A DNA stretch of 64,000 nucleotides, taken from Candidatus Zhuqueibacterota bacterium (lineage in GTDB: Bacteria > Zhuqueibacterota > Zhuqueibacteria > Thermofontimicrobiales > Thermofontimicrobiaceae). Position numbers and translations under genes: made by a program. The notes beneath the pieces are model-generated. The model had not been told where the DNA came from and made no database searches. It saw only the letters and a list, made by a program, of their open reading frames with translations. Positions within the stretch are counted from its first letter, which is position 1; each line of letters opens with the position of its first letter. Location of the stretch: the NCBI GenBank assembly GCA_049322915.1, contig JBMOPW010000020.1:1-64000 (forward strand), written 5' to 3'. Below are positions 1-9,405 of this stretch, piece after piece.

Positions 1-98
1 AGCCAATAATTTTTTCAGTCAAGCTTGCAAGTTCCATTACGCAGCCTCCTGTGATTTACACGATTATGTTTTGATTAACATGATAACGAGCTAAAGTT

Positions 99-165
99 AA
101 TTAATCCTGTCTATCCCAAACATCCTGTTATCCTGTCATTCTTAACCACCCTGTGATCGGTTACT
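99..165. mobile_element. Right end of a MITE-like element (same family as 17494-17759); left end lies outside the window
   Basis: ATCCTGTTATCCTGTCA (122-138) followed by CCCTGTGATCGGTTACT (149-165), matching the right hairpin arm and right TIR at 17717-17760. Confidence 0.75.
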
Positions 166-259
166 GATTTAACATCAAATAATCTATGGTTCGACCTGTT
201 GGCTCGGGTTCAGCGTTCTCGGCGGATTGAACCGCTCCTTCATTTCTCCGGCAAATTAA

Positions 260-289
260 CCACACACGATCCTCGCGAATCGTGTGTGG
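260..289 (-). terminator. Stem-loop downstream of the FHA gene
   Basis: 11-bp perfect stem CCACACACGAT / ATCGTGTGTGG; no strong U-tract. Confidence 0.4.
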
Positions 290-322
290 CGTTTGGGGGA
301 CTGAATGGAGAGAACGAGGAGA

Positions 323-778
323 TCAGCTCAATACCACCTGAAATTTCAATCGGCCTAACATCAATTCATCGCCATCTGAAATGGGGCACGGCGTGTTCGG
401 CGCCAGTTTCTCTTTATTCAAAAAAGTGAGATTCACGGATTGCAGGTCTTCGATGAAATAGGTATCACCGTGGTGCGTGATGCGCGCGTGTTTGCGGCTG
501 ACTCCATCTTCCTCAGCGCCGTAGACCGTCAGTTCGATGTCCGGGAAAATGGAACTGACCGGGTCTTCGCGGCCCAGGATAATTTCATCTTTGTCCGGCA
601 GGGGTATCTCTTCGCCGGTTGCGGCGACGATCAGTTTCAACGGGACGATGGCGACGGAGGAAAGACTGTTGGCTCCAGCCGTGACCGGAACCAGCATCTC
701 ATCCAGATCAGCGCCGCAGTTTTCGCAGTACAGCGCGCCGTCCATATTCTCGGTGTTGCATTCTTGACAGATTATCAT
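323..778 (-). CDS. Zinc-ribbon + FHA domain protein
   Basis: N-terminal CQEC..CENC; FHA motifs LGR, VSRKHARI, DLQSVNLTFLN; GGAGG before ATG at 778. Confidence 0.9.
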   Translation of the reverse strand: MIICQECNTENMDGALYCENCGADLDEMLVPVTAGANSLSSVAIVPLKLIVAATGEEIPLPDKDEIILGREDPVSSIFPDIELTVYGAEEDGVSRKHARITHHGDTYFIEDLQSVNLTFLNKEKLAPNTPCPISDGDELMLGRLKFQVVLS

Positions 779-886
779 TGTGACCTCCAAAATGTTGGTA
801 ATTAAATCCTGGACTTATTGATATATAATGTTTTAGATGAATGACCAGTTAATATTTTGTCGCCTATATTATTATTGGACATAGGC

Positions 887-914
887 GTAGTGGACGGTCG
901 CGACCGTCCGCTAC
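887..914. repeat. GTAG-type REP palindrome
   Basis: GTAGTGGACGGTCG/CGACCGTCCGCTAC, 28-bp palindrome with one mismatch and GTAG/CTAC ends. Confidence 0.7.
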
Positions 915-1077
915 AGATAGAAAGAAGTATTGAATTTATTGCACATGATTTCAACGGGTCATTCATAAGTTTAATAATCCTGTTTCCAGATAAAAAATTC
1001 AAACTCAGGACGTGATTGGTTTTTAGTGGATTTGCCATTGAGTAATAGTTGGAAATTGGCATTTGCCTTTTGGAATT

Positions 1078-2325
1078 TTAAAGTCGTTGTGTCAACTTTC
1101 GCGTCTCGTACCGAAGCTTTTTCGTTCCGGCAGCACTCATGGCGCCCTGCTGTTCCAACGCCCGGGCTTCGGTGAGTGCGGTATCGGCCAGTTCCACTTC
1201 GTTCAAATCGAGCAGTCGCGTGGCTGCCGCGCGCAGCTTCCGCGTCGCGCCGGCGATGTCGCCCAGTTGGGCCGCTTCCAGCGCCCGCGTCTGCAAGTTG
1301 TAGGCGCTCACCCGCTCCACCATGTTCATCACTTCCGGCGCAACACCGCTGCTCTTTCCGGGATCGGCGGAGAATTCCGCCACAACATCCTGCCTGATCC
1401 GCTGCTGAAATTTATTCTCGGACGGAATGTCGAACACCAGATCGACCTGACAGAGCCGAAATCGCCCCGGCTGGGCCGGCTGCATCGTAATTTCGGCCAA
1501 CAGACTCAGCCCGACTCCGCTCTCCAGCTCGCCCAGCGCTGCGGACAGCGTATTGGCGTCGATGGTTTTGAAATCCAGTTCGGCAATCGTTGGTATCACG
1601 CGGGAGATTTTTCGCAACGAGAAATGATCCGGGAAACGAATCACGATCTCCGCGTTCTGCGCATAGACATTCTGGATGGTCTTCAATTCGCTGGCGAACA
1701 GCGGAATGATATCGGCCGGGGTGGCAATATAATCAGAATGACCGTGGCTCATTTCGGCGATGCCATCCACCAGTTCCTCATTCCATTCATCGCCAACTCC
1801 CAGGGCGGTGATCAGCACATCCTTTTGAGCCGCCTCAACAGCCAGTTCAAAACAGGCCTGTTCGTCGCCATAGGTCTGGCCGTCGGTGAGCAGGATCATG
1901 CGGTTGATCTTATTGTCGGAGAAATGCTGCTCCAACTCCGCCAGTCCTGTGGAAATGCCGGTGGAAATGGCTGTGCCGTCTTTGGCGGTGAGCTGATTGA
2001 CCAGCGTTTTGAGCCGGTCTTTATCGCTCACCTCCTGGCTCGGCACCAGCACCTCGGCCTGTTCATTGAACGAAACCAGGCTGAGGAAGTCGGTGTCGGC
2101 CAGTCGATCGATGATGTTGCAGATTGCAGTTTTCACATTGGTAATTTTGGCGCCTTTCATGGATGCGCTTCTGTCCATCACCAGGCACAGATTGAGCGGC
2201 GCGCGTTCCTCAGCCGTCCGGCTGTTCGGCTTTGCATGAATGATCAGATAGCCGATCTGCGCCCTGTCTGACATTGGAAAAATGTCCTTATTCAATTTAT
2301 ATTCCAAAGAAATGGGATGAACCAT
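1078..2325 (-). CDS. von Willebrand factor A (vWA) domain protein
   Basis: MIDAS motif DRSASM, GTAI, LLTDG; helical C-terminal tail; GGAGG RBS. Confidence 0.9.
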   Translation of the reverse strand: MVHPISLEYKLNKDIFPMSDRAQIGYLIIHAKPNSRTAEERAPLNLCLVMDRSASMKGAKITNVKTAICNIIDRLADTDFLSLVSFNEQAEVLVPSQEVSDKDRLKTLVNQLTAKDGTAISTGISTGLAELEQHFSDNKINRMILLTDGQTYGDEQACFELAVEAAQKDVLITALGVGDEWNEELVDGIAEMSHGHSDYIATPADIIPLFASELKTIQNVYAQNAEIVIRFPDHFSLRKISRVIPTIAELDFKTIDANTLSAALGELESGVGLSLLAEITMQPAQPGRFRLCQVDLVFDIPSENKFQQRIRQDVVAEFSADPGKSSGVAPEVMNMVERVSAYNLQTRALEAAQLGDIAGATRKLRAAATRLLDLNEVELADTALTEARALEQQGAMSAAGTKKLRYETRKLTQRL

Positions 2326-2375
2326 AGCTGTTACCTCCTGATTTAGTGCATTGACATGGGGTGATTCGACTCAGT

Positions 2376-4034
2376 TTATTGGGTTGTCATATAGATCAAA
2401 CTAATGTTATCGACGCCGCCGTTCTCGTTGGCTGTCCGTACCAGTTCATCGACCGCGAGTTGCGGCTGCGGGAAAAGGGCTAATTTTTTTGCGATGTCGG
2501 ACTCGCGAATCATCTGCCACAGCCCGTCAGTGCAGAGCAGCAGGCCATCGCCTTTCTGCATATCCACCTGAAAGAAATAGGGGTGATTGGCCTGTTTTTC
2601 CAGATTGGACAAATTTTGCTTCAGGCGCGATTCGCCCAGAGCGCACAAAATTTGATTGCTCTGCGGATGGGTCCAGATTTCATGATACGGCAACTGGCCG
2701 ATTTTGTACAGCCGGTAGACCAGAGAATGGTCCTGCGTGATGAGTTGCAGCCGGTTGCCCCGAACGAGATAGGCGCGACCATCACCCACGTTCAGGATGT
2801 ACGCGCGATTGCGATACAGCAAAGCCAGGGTGATCGTTGTGCCCATCCCATTGTTCTGGATTTTGGCGCTGGCGTAAATGGTCTCGTTCGCGGCGAAGAC
2901 CGCATTTTCCAGAATGCGCCGGATGTCCGCGCTGGCGAGTTGGCCGTCCCCGGGAAGACCACCGCGAATTTCCCGCGTGATATGCTGAACGGCAATCCGG
3001 CTCGCTTCCTCGCCGGCCTCGTGTCCGCCCATGCCGTCGGCGACGATGTAAAATCCCAGCGGGCGCGCCACCGATTGAATGATGCTGGTATGCCCGAACA
3101 CCGCCAGACTGTCCTCGTTGAGAGAGCGGACAACGCCCGTGTCCGAGGCCAGCCCCACAGATACAGTCGCGCAGTCAGGCTGCGCCGTGACAGCGGTCGC
3201 CGGCTCGCCATCGAAGGGTTCGGTCAGGTCAGCCAACTCGCGCTGGAAAACATCGAACGAAGCGATATTCCCTTTGCTCACCCGGGCCAACAACCCCCGA
3301 AGAGATTGCACCGGACTCCGGCTGGCGGTCATGGTTGCCAGGAAATGCAGAAATGTCTCTGCGAAATTTTTCATATCCGAAACGTTCAATTGTGTATCCT
3401 GTCCGTTGCCGGCAACTGCCCGGGTGAAATTCAACACCAGCGGTCTGCCGGATGCGATGAAAATATCCTGCGGTTGCAATCCCACATTGAAAATGAACTG
3501 GCTGTGCAGGTAGGCCATAGTGGCGCTCAACTGCGCGAGCCATTCCCGCAGCGTTGCCGGGTCGACTTCGCGATGCACATCGGATAGCCGTTCTCCTGCG
3601 ATGTCCCGGCCCAGAACGTACCAGACGTCATCACCGGAGAACCGTTCGATGAATACCGGCAGGCCCGAATGGCGCAGTCGGCTCGACACCAGCAGTTCGA
3701 ACGGATCGGCGTCCGACCGGGCGCCTGCCAACAGCAGAAATGCATTGTCGCGCAGATCGAATCCGCAGGACGTGCAGAACAGCGCGGAGTCGGCGCTGCT
3801 TTTTTTCCCGCAATTGCCACAGGACCGATCGGAGCCATTTCCGGCGACGCGAAACGCAGAGAGATCACCCACCGGGGCCAGCGTTTCCAGTATCCGAAAG
3901 CGACCCTGTCCGATCTCCTGCGCGGCCGTCACATCGCGCCAACCAGTCGGCCCGACTTTCTGCGTGATATAGCGATTCTGTCGAATGACCTGTGACGTCA
4001 TCAAATTGGGAAATGTGGCAGTTGCGTTTTTCAT
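2376..4034 (-). CDS. Zinc ribbon + kinase-like (pseudokinase) + PP2C-type Ser/Thr phosphatase fusion
   Basis: CGNC..CTSC; kinase-like region with degenerate catalytic loop (YLHSQFIFNVGLQPQDI); PP2C motifs RSLNEDS, VADGMGGH, LCTDGLW, GGVDNIS. Confidence 0.85.
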   Translation of the reverse strand: MKNATATFPNLMTSQVIRQNRYITQKVGPTGWRDVTAAQEIGQGRFRILETLAPVGDLSAFRVAGNGSDRSCGNCGKKSSADSALFCTSCGFDLRDNAFLLLAGARSDADPFELLVSSRLRHSGLPVFIERFSGDDVWYVLGRDIAGERLSDVHREVDPATLREWLAQLSATMAYLHSQFIFNVGLQPQDIFIASGRPLVLNFTRAVAGNGQDTQLNVSDMKNFAETFLHFLATMTASRSPVQSLRGLLARVSKGNIASFDVFQRELADLTEPFDGEPATAVTAQPDCATVSVGLASDTGVVRSLNEDSLAVFGHTSIIQSVARPLGFYIVADGMGGHEAGEEASRIAVQHITREIRGGLPGDGQLASADIRRILENAVFAANETIYASAKIQNNGMGTTITLALLYRNRAYILNVGDGRAYLVRGNRLQLITQDHSLVYRLYKIGQLPYHEIWTHPQSNQILCALGESRLKQNLSNLEKQANHPYFFQVDMQKGDGLLLCTDGLWQMIRESDIAKKLALFPQPQLAVDELVRTANENGGVDNISLIYMTTQ

Positions 4035-4150
4035 GGGATTGCGCGTTCAGAATTCAGTTCAAAATTGGGATGAATTAATTCGTGCGACAGGGGAGGTGAA
4101 ACGTGAGTCCGGACATGCCGCCAGCTCGCGTTTCACTCCCAACTTCAGGA

Positions 4151-4831
4151 CTATTTGACCGGCACTTTCTTCTTCCCTCGACTTGATTTTTTGCGCAGAT
4201 ATTCCTGATAGTCCGGCTCGGTATCGTTATCGTCATCAGCGCCATTGGACGGCCTGCCGGCGAATGTGAATTTTTCACTGCGTCGCTTGCTTCGATAAGC
4301 TCGAAACGCTAACAGAGTCGCCAGGAACAGGACCGCGATTCCGCCATAGATATAGAATGATGCAGCGGATTTCGTCTCCGGCTCCGGAGCAGCCGCCGGC
4401 TCAATTGCGGGAATCTGCGCGGCCGCGGCTGTAGTCTGGATGGTGTCGGCGCGGCTCTCAGCGAAATAGGTCTCTTCGATGTCATGTCTGTCCAATCGCG
4501 CCAGAATATTCGTTTCATCCTGGATGAAAGCATTCACTTTGGACATGTACCGCGTGCGACGGATTTCTTTGATCACGCTCAAACGGGGCACAATCACCTC
4601 TTCGCCCGGGAAAACCAGGTTGCTGTTTGGCGCGCGATTGATGAGCGCCAGTTCCCGCCAGTAATCCGGATCACCGTAATATTTCTTGGCAATGGCGCTC
4701 AGGTATTCACCCTTTTGAATGGTATGCGTTTGAGGATCGTTGCTGAATAGCTTTTTACACCACAGGAACTGATCATGGGTATACCCGATGACCAGCAGCA
4801 GTACGACCAGTACGAAAATAATTTTCTTCAT
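4151..4831 (-). CDS. LysM-domain membrane-anchored protein
   Basis: N-terminal hydrophobic segment, HTIQKGEYLSAIAKKYYG LysM motif, C-terminal TM helix; GGAGG before ATG 4831. Confidence 0.85.
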   Translation of the reverse strand: MKKIIFVLVVLLLVIGYTHDQFLWCKKLFSNDPQTHTIQKGEYLSAIAKKYYGDPDYWRELALINRAPNSNLVFPGEEVIVPRLSVIKEIRRTRYMSKVNAFIQDETNILARLDRHDIEETYFAESRADTIQTTAAAAQIPAIEPAAAPEPETKSAASFYIYGGIAVLFLATLLAFRAYRSKRRSEKFTFAGRPSNGADDDNDTEPDYQEYLRKKSSRGKKKVPVK

Positions 4832-4885
4832 GACTTTTCCTCCAAAAATGAAATTGAGTGCAACATGGGTTGATGCACCTGTCTT

Positions 4886-4901
4886 TTCAAACGCCATGCC
4901 A
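4886..4901 (-). promoter_or_regulatory. Possible sigma-54 (-24/-12) promoter of the LysM gene
   Basis: Minus strand TGGCATG-GCGT-TTGAA resembles TGGCACG-N4-TTGC; TGT-N7-ACA-like sites upstream at 5002-5014 and 5105-5117. Confidence 0.4.
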
Positions 4902-5150
4902 CGGAGACTTGCTGATTTTGAAGGGAAATTAATTGCCAGAAAAACAGCGCATTAAATCTGGTGAAAAAAATGCGGCGACCGGAATGGACAACCCGGGTCG
5001 GTGTAAATTTTATATAGTGGGTGAACAGGGATTGATGGGAGCGTAACGCGGAAATCGGTGTGGCAAAGGATAAAATCTGTTTTGAACCGGGGAATCGGCT
5101 TTGGTGTAAAAATTACATGCTGCGCGTCCGAAGCGCGAGAGTGGAAGGGA

Positions 5151-5183
5151 GATCATACACGACCGCGACGATCGTGTATGATC
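5151..5183 (-). terminator. Stem-loop after the M48 peptidase gene
   Basis: 12-bp perfect stem GATCATACACGA / TCGTGTATGATC about 10 nt past the stop codon. Confidence 0.5.
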
Positions 5184-5192
5184 CGGGAAAAA

Positions 5193-6647
5193 TTATTTCA
5201 CGACGACTTTGATCATGGTATTGGCGCTCACCGTGTCGTCCAGGTTTCTGCCGTTGAGTATGGCAATCTCTTCCAGTTTGTCCTGGGCAACGCCGAACTG
5301 CTGCAGGGCAGTGCGCAGGCTGGTTTGGGACGTCGTCTTTTTAACGACGAGTTGGGCCGGCTTCACATTGATTTTGGTCGCATCGGTCAGATTTTTGAAT
5401 TGGGTCATTGTCTGATTGAAAGCAGGCAGGTATGTCGCAAGTTGCGCCTGAGTCGTGTAGCCGTGGAACGCAAAAATTTTACCGTCCTTCTGAATGAAGT
5501 AGGACGAAAAACTATACACCGCGCCTTCGTGAGTCAAATCGGAGACGACGTGCTGAGCGGTCAGGCCGTTGACGCGCGTGGCTTCCGATGTCCTGACAAC
5601 TGCGCCGCTGCTGGTGGAAAAGTTGGTTGCCGCCACGGCCGGCGTTGCATCCTGCGATACCGAGAACAGGATGACCGCGTCCTGTTTTTCATTGAAAATT
5701 TGAACCTGGGATGGCGTATTGTTCAATTGCCAGCCAGCCGGAACCGCGAACTGGAATCGAAGCTGCGGATGGTAGAATATGCCTCCCTCGACATAGCCCT
5801 GCTGCGGGTCTTCGCCGTAGATCATGCCATTTATTTTCGATAAGTAAGAATCTGCATTCACCTGAAATTGTCCGGCCGCGACTTTTGTCTGCCACGCCTG
5901 GGTATCCCGTTTCACAGCCGCGATTCGGTCCGGCGGATTGGGATGCGTGGAAAACCAGGCCGGCAGGCCACTGCGGTCACTGCCGGGATTGAGCCGCTCC
6001 AGCGTTTCGAAGAAATTGGCCATGTGGTTCGCGTCAAAGCCGGCCCTGGTGGAATATTCCACGCCCAGCGCATCGGCCTGGCGTTCATTGTCCCGGCTGA
6101 ATCGCAGGAACAGCATACCCACGCCAAAATTGGCAATGCCGGCGTACTTGCGAAACGTTTCGGACAAAGCCACGCCGAGTCCCAATCCCAATTGAGCCAC
6201 CTGGGCTTTGCTGTATTGCTGAGCCGAGTGCCGCGCAGTGACGTGACCGATTTCGTGCCCAAGCACGCCGGCCAGTTCGGCTTCATTATTCAGATAGGCC
6301 AGAATGCCTCGCGTGCAATACACGTAGCCCCCGGGCACGGCGAACGCGTTGATGACCGGGCTGTCCAGCAGTTTGAACGAAAATTGCAGATTGGAGCGAT
6401 GACTCAATTTCGCCATCTTTTGACCGATGGAATTGATGTATTCGCTCAAGCCGGGATTTTCGTACATGCCATAGGTCTGTAGAATTTCGCCGTCGGTCTG
6501 CTGCCCAAGTGTGATCTCATTGGTTTCAGTGAGCAGCATGAATTCCCGCTTTTGGGTTACCGGGTTCACCGCGCATGAAATCGCCCAGATGATGAGCCCG
6601 ACAAGGATGATGCTGACAACGGATTTGATGATGATGTTTCTGGTCAT
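5193..6647 (-). CDS. M48 family zinc metalloprotease (BepA/YfgC-like lipoprotein)
   Basis: Lipobox-like WAISC, NAFAVPGG, HEIGH (HExxH), ERQAD, STHP. Confidence 0.9.
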   Translation of the reverse strand: MTRNIIIKSVVSIILVGLIIWAISCAVNPVTQKREFMLLTETNEITLGQQTDGEILQTYGMYENPGLSEYINSIGQKMAKLSHRSNLQFSFKLLDSPVINAFAVPGGYVYCTRGILAYLNNEAELAGVLGHEIGHVTARHSAQQYSKAQVAQLGLGLGVALSETFRKYAGIANFGVGMLFLRFSRDNERQADALGVEYSTRAGFDANHMANFFETLERLNPGSDRSGLPAWFSTHPNPPDRIAAVKRDTQAWQTKVAAGQFQVNADSYLSKINGMIYGEDPQQGYVEGGIFYHPQLRFQFAVPAGWQLNNTPSQVQIFNEKQDAVILFSVSQDATPAVAATNFSTSSGAVVRTSEATRVNGLTAQHVVSDLTHEGAVYSFSSYFIQKDGKIFAFHGYTTQAQLATYLPAFNQTMTQFKNLTDATKINVKPAQLVVKKTTSQTSLRTALQQFGVAQDKLEEIAILNGRNLDDTVSANTMIKVVVK

Positions 6648-6744
6648 TTTTCCCTCGTAACTATGAAATGATTGAATACAATGCGCCGCCATATCGCCAG
6701 TTTCACCGTCGTACCGGCTGGCGCTGGAGGCAGTTCATGATAAA

Positions 6745-9405
6745 CTAATCAACGAAAAATCGATTCCGCATCATGCGATACATGTTCTCGTGATGGATCG
6801 GATCTTCCATCTTTTTTATATGACAAACGTCGCAATTCTGATTGGCGCCGATGGGATAGGGCCGACCGCTGTATTGCATGGGTTGAATGACGTCGCGATA
6901 GGTCCCGTACAGATTTTTCGCCGGATACAGCGCGTGCGTTGCGCCGTGACAGGCTTCGCAGCGAATGCCGGCGTTGTCGAATCGCATGCGATACAGTTCG
7001 GCCGGGTCTTCATTCCAGACATTGAAACCGCTGCTGCCCTCGCCGGGTTGTTCAAAATTTTCGTGACAGGTGAGGCAATCCGGCTCATTCAGCCAGGGCA
7101 TGCGGGGATTGACCTCGTCGCGGCTGGCGACGCGCGTCGGATGCAAATGGTTCAGCAATTCGCTCGTGCCTTTTTTATCCTTCTCATGGAGCAATAATGA
7201 AATGGCGTGTTCCTGGATTGTGCCGTGACAGGAAACGCAGTCCAACCCAAACTCGCTGTGCAGATCCCGCTGACAGCGCGTGGCGCCCAATTTGAACGCC
7301 GGGTGGCACAGGGCGCAGGCCGTGCCATCGGATTCGGAGATGTAGTTGGCGTGCCAGCCGTGCATTGCAGCGGAGAAATTGCGCAACTCCGGCTTGCCGG
7401 GCGCTGCCAGGGCCGGGTCCGCGTGACAACTCTGGCAGAGCTGCGGCTTGCCCCGCTGCGCCTGTTGATACAAATCCGTGCCGCTGATGCGGTCGTGGGC
7501 GCGCAGGATATTGGCGGCGGTTTCGTCGGATACCCCGGCCAGTCCATTGACTCGCCAATCGCCGCCGTGGCATTTCTTGCAGCCCATTTCCGTCGATGCC
7601 GGCGCAACGACTTTTGTCGACGCCACCAGATCGCCGGTGGTGCTGTAACGCGCCTCCACCGTGAAGACCGGATACGGATTGTACGAGCCATCCGCCCGAT
7701 ACGGCGCCACCGGTATTTTTTCAGCGACGAAAGCGGATCGCTCCTCGTTATAGGTGAATTTGCCGGATAGTCCCAGGCCGGCCAGCCCGATGTTGTTCTC
7801 CAGCGTCACGCCGAAATTTGCCGGCGCGTATTTCCAGAATTCAAGCGCATCGGCAGGATTTTCAAATCCGGGTTCCACTGCGTACGTGATCTCCACGCTT
7901 TCGGTCACCAGTTGCGGCACTTCTCCGCGCGCAAAGAGCTGGGCTTCCAGCGTATTGGCCGGAGGGAGAATGACGAACCAGCGGTCGCAATCGGAAATGC
8001 AGTGCATGCCCAGATCGTTCCAGACCAGCAGCAGAAATTTATCCTCATCCGGATGAAACGCCGGTATTTCCGTGGCATTCGAGCCCCGGTTGACGTGAAC
8101 CTCCTTTTCCGCGCCATCGCCTTTGCGATGGAGCCCGGAGACGATGTAGGCTGCCAGGGCTTCTTTCTCCGCAACGGCGCCGACGAACATCGGCATGTAG
8201 TTCAGTATTTTCCCCTGACCGGTCAGAGACGACATCAAGCCCTGCAGCGGGAACATCCCGGTTCGTTCCATGATATCGTTGCGAATCCCGTTCACCGTAT
8301 GGCAACTGAGGCATTGGATATTGAATAATTCGCGCCCGGCTTCGATACGATTTTCCGGAGTGATCTCTTTTATGGCGGTCCATTTCGCGTTGGCCAAAAT
8401 GCCATCGGCGTTGAGTCGCGGTATGTCCTGTTTCATCAATGACGTGGAATACATGAACTGGCTGATGACGAACGGTTTCCTGGCGATCTCCCGAACGTAT
8501 TCAAATCCGCCCATCCAGCACAGTCCAATGAACACCAGCCCGAACGACAGAATTTTCTGCACGCCCGAATTCGTTTTCAGCGAGAAATAGAGGCCGCCTG
8601 AAAAGACCAGCACGGTGGTCACGATCATCAGCATGACGAACGGCGATGTCTGGGGATTGAGCCCGAAGGCGGTTTCACGAATTTCCAGCGGCGCTGAAAA
8701 ATAATACCAGACGCCTCCGGCGATCATGCCGACTAACGAAAGCAGCAGCCATCGGCTACAGTACTTCAGCAGGATTGCGCGCAGATCGGTTTCTTTCTGA
8801 AATACTGTCGTGATGTAACCGAACAGGCCGGCGATCATGGTCGCCACGAACGTCCTGAAAATGAGGGACGGGAAAAAGGTGGGATTTAAAAATCCGTGCC
8901 AGAAGTTCCCGGTGACGAGCCATTTCCCGGGGGTGAGCATGAATGAGAGGATGCCGTTGATGATGAACAGGCTGAGCCAGGCGAACAGCGCGTACAGGAA
9001 GGCGATGGTCAACCGGCTCTTCTGCTCCAGCCGATCGAATTTGTAATGGTAGATGAGCAGGGCGACGATTTCGCCCAGGAAAAAGACCCACTCGATGGCC
9101 CACCCGAAGACGAACGCGTGAATCAGCTTCGACGTGGCGGCCGGGTGTACCAGCGCAATGATGAACCAGATGCCGACGCCGCTGACGCCGCCGAAGACCA
9201 TGGTGAGCAGCAGGAAAAACCAGGTGTGCGTTTTGACATAGCGATGAATCGCCGGGTTGCCTTCGCGAAAGCCCTTGCGATCGGTGAGCCACAGGAAAAT
9301 TCCGCCGCCAACCGCCAGATGGGCGATATAAACATGCAGAATGGAAATCAGCGCGATGAGTGAGCCGCCGCCAATTGTGGTGATTTCCCAGATCGGATAA
9401 TTCAT
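6745..9405 (-). CDS. Cytochrome bd subunit I (CydA)-like membrane domain fused to an octahaem cytochrome c
   Basis: N-terminal multi-TM region with HVYIAH, FGWAIEWVFF, EYVREIARKPF; eight CxxCH motifs (CLSCH, CKKCH, CQSCH, CALCH, CVSCH, CLTCH, CEACH, CDVCH). Confidence 0.8.
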   Translation of the reverse strand: MNYPIWEITTIGGGSLIALISILHVYIAHLAVGGGIFLWLTDRKGFREGNPAIHRYVKTHTWFFLLLTMVFGGVSGVGIWFIIALVHPAATSKLIHAFVFGWAIEWVFFLGEIVALLIYHYKFDRLEQKSRLTIAFLYALFAWLSLFIINGILSFMLTPGKWLVTGNFWHGFLNPTFFPSLIFRTFVATMIAGLFGYITTVFQKETDLRAILLKYCSRWLLLSLVGMIAGGVWYYFSAPLEIRETAFGLNPQTSPFVMLMIVTTVLVFSGGLYFSLKTNSGVQKILSFGLVFIGLCWMGGFEYVREIARKPFVISQFMYSTSLMKQDIPRLNADGILANAKWTAIKEITPENRIEAGRELFNIQCLSCHTVNGIRNDIMERTGMFPLQGLMSSLTGQGKILNYMPMFVGAVAEKEALAAYIVSGLHRKGDGAEKEVHVNRGSNATEIPAFHPDEDKFLLLVWNDLGMHCISDCDRWFVILPPANTLEAQLFARGEVPQLVTESVEITYAVEPGFENPADALEFWKYAPANFGVTLENNIGLAGLGLSGKFTYNEERSAFVAEKIPVAPYRADGSYNPYPVFTVEARYSTTGDLVASTKVVAPASTEMGCKKCHGGDWRVNGLAGVSDETAANILRAHDRISGTDLYQQAQRGKPQLCQSCHADPALAAPGKPELRNFSAAMHGWHANYISESDGTACALCHPAFKLGATRCQRDLHSEFGLDCVSCHGTIQEHAISLLLHEKDKKGTSELLNHLHPTRVASRDEVNPRMPWLNEPDCLTCHENFEQPGEGSSGFNVWNEDPAELYRMRFDNAGIRCEACHGATHALYPAKNLYGTYRDVIQPMQYSGRPYPIGANQNCDVCHIKKMEDPIHHENMYRMMRNRFFVD

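Noticed and set aside
802..1062. 86-aa ORF between the vWA and FHA genes
   Set aside because: AT-rich, no recognisable motif, crosses a REP palindrome; probably spurious.
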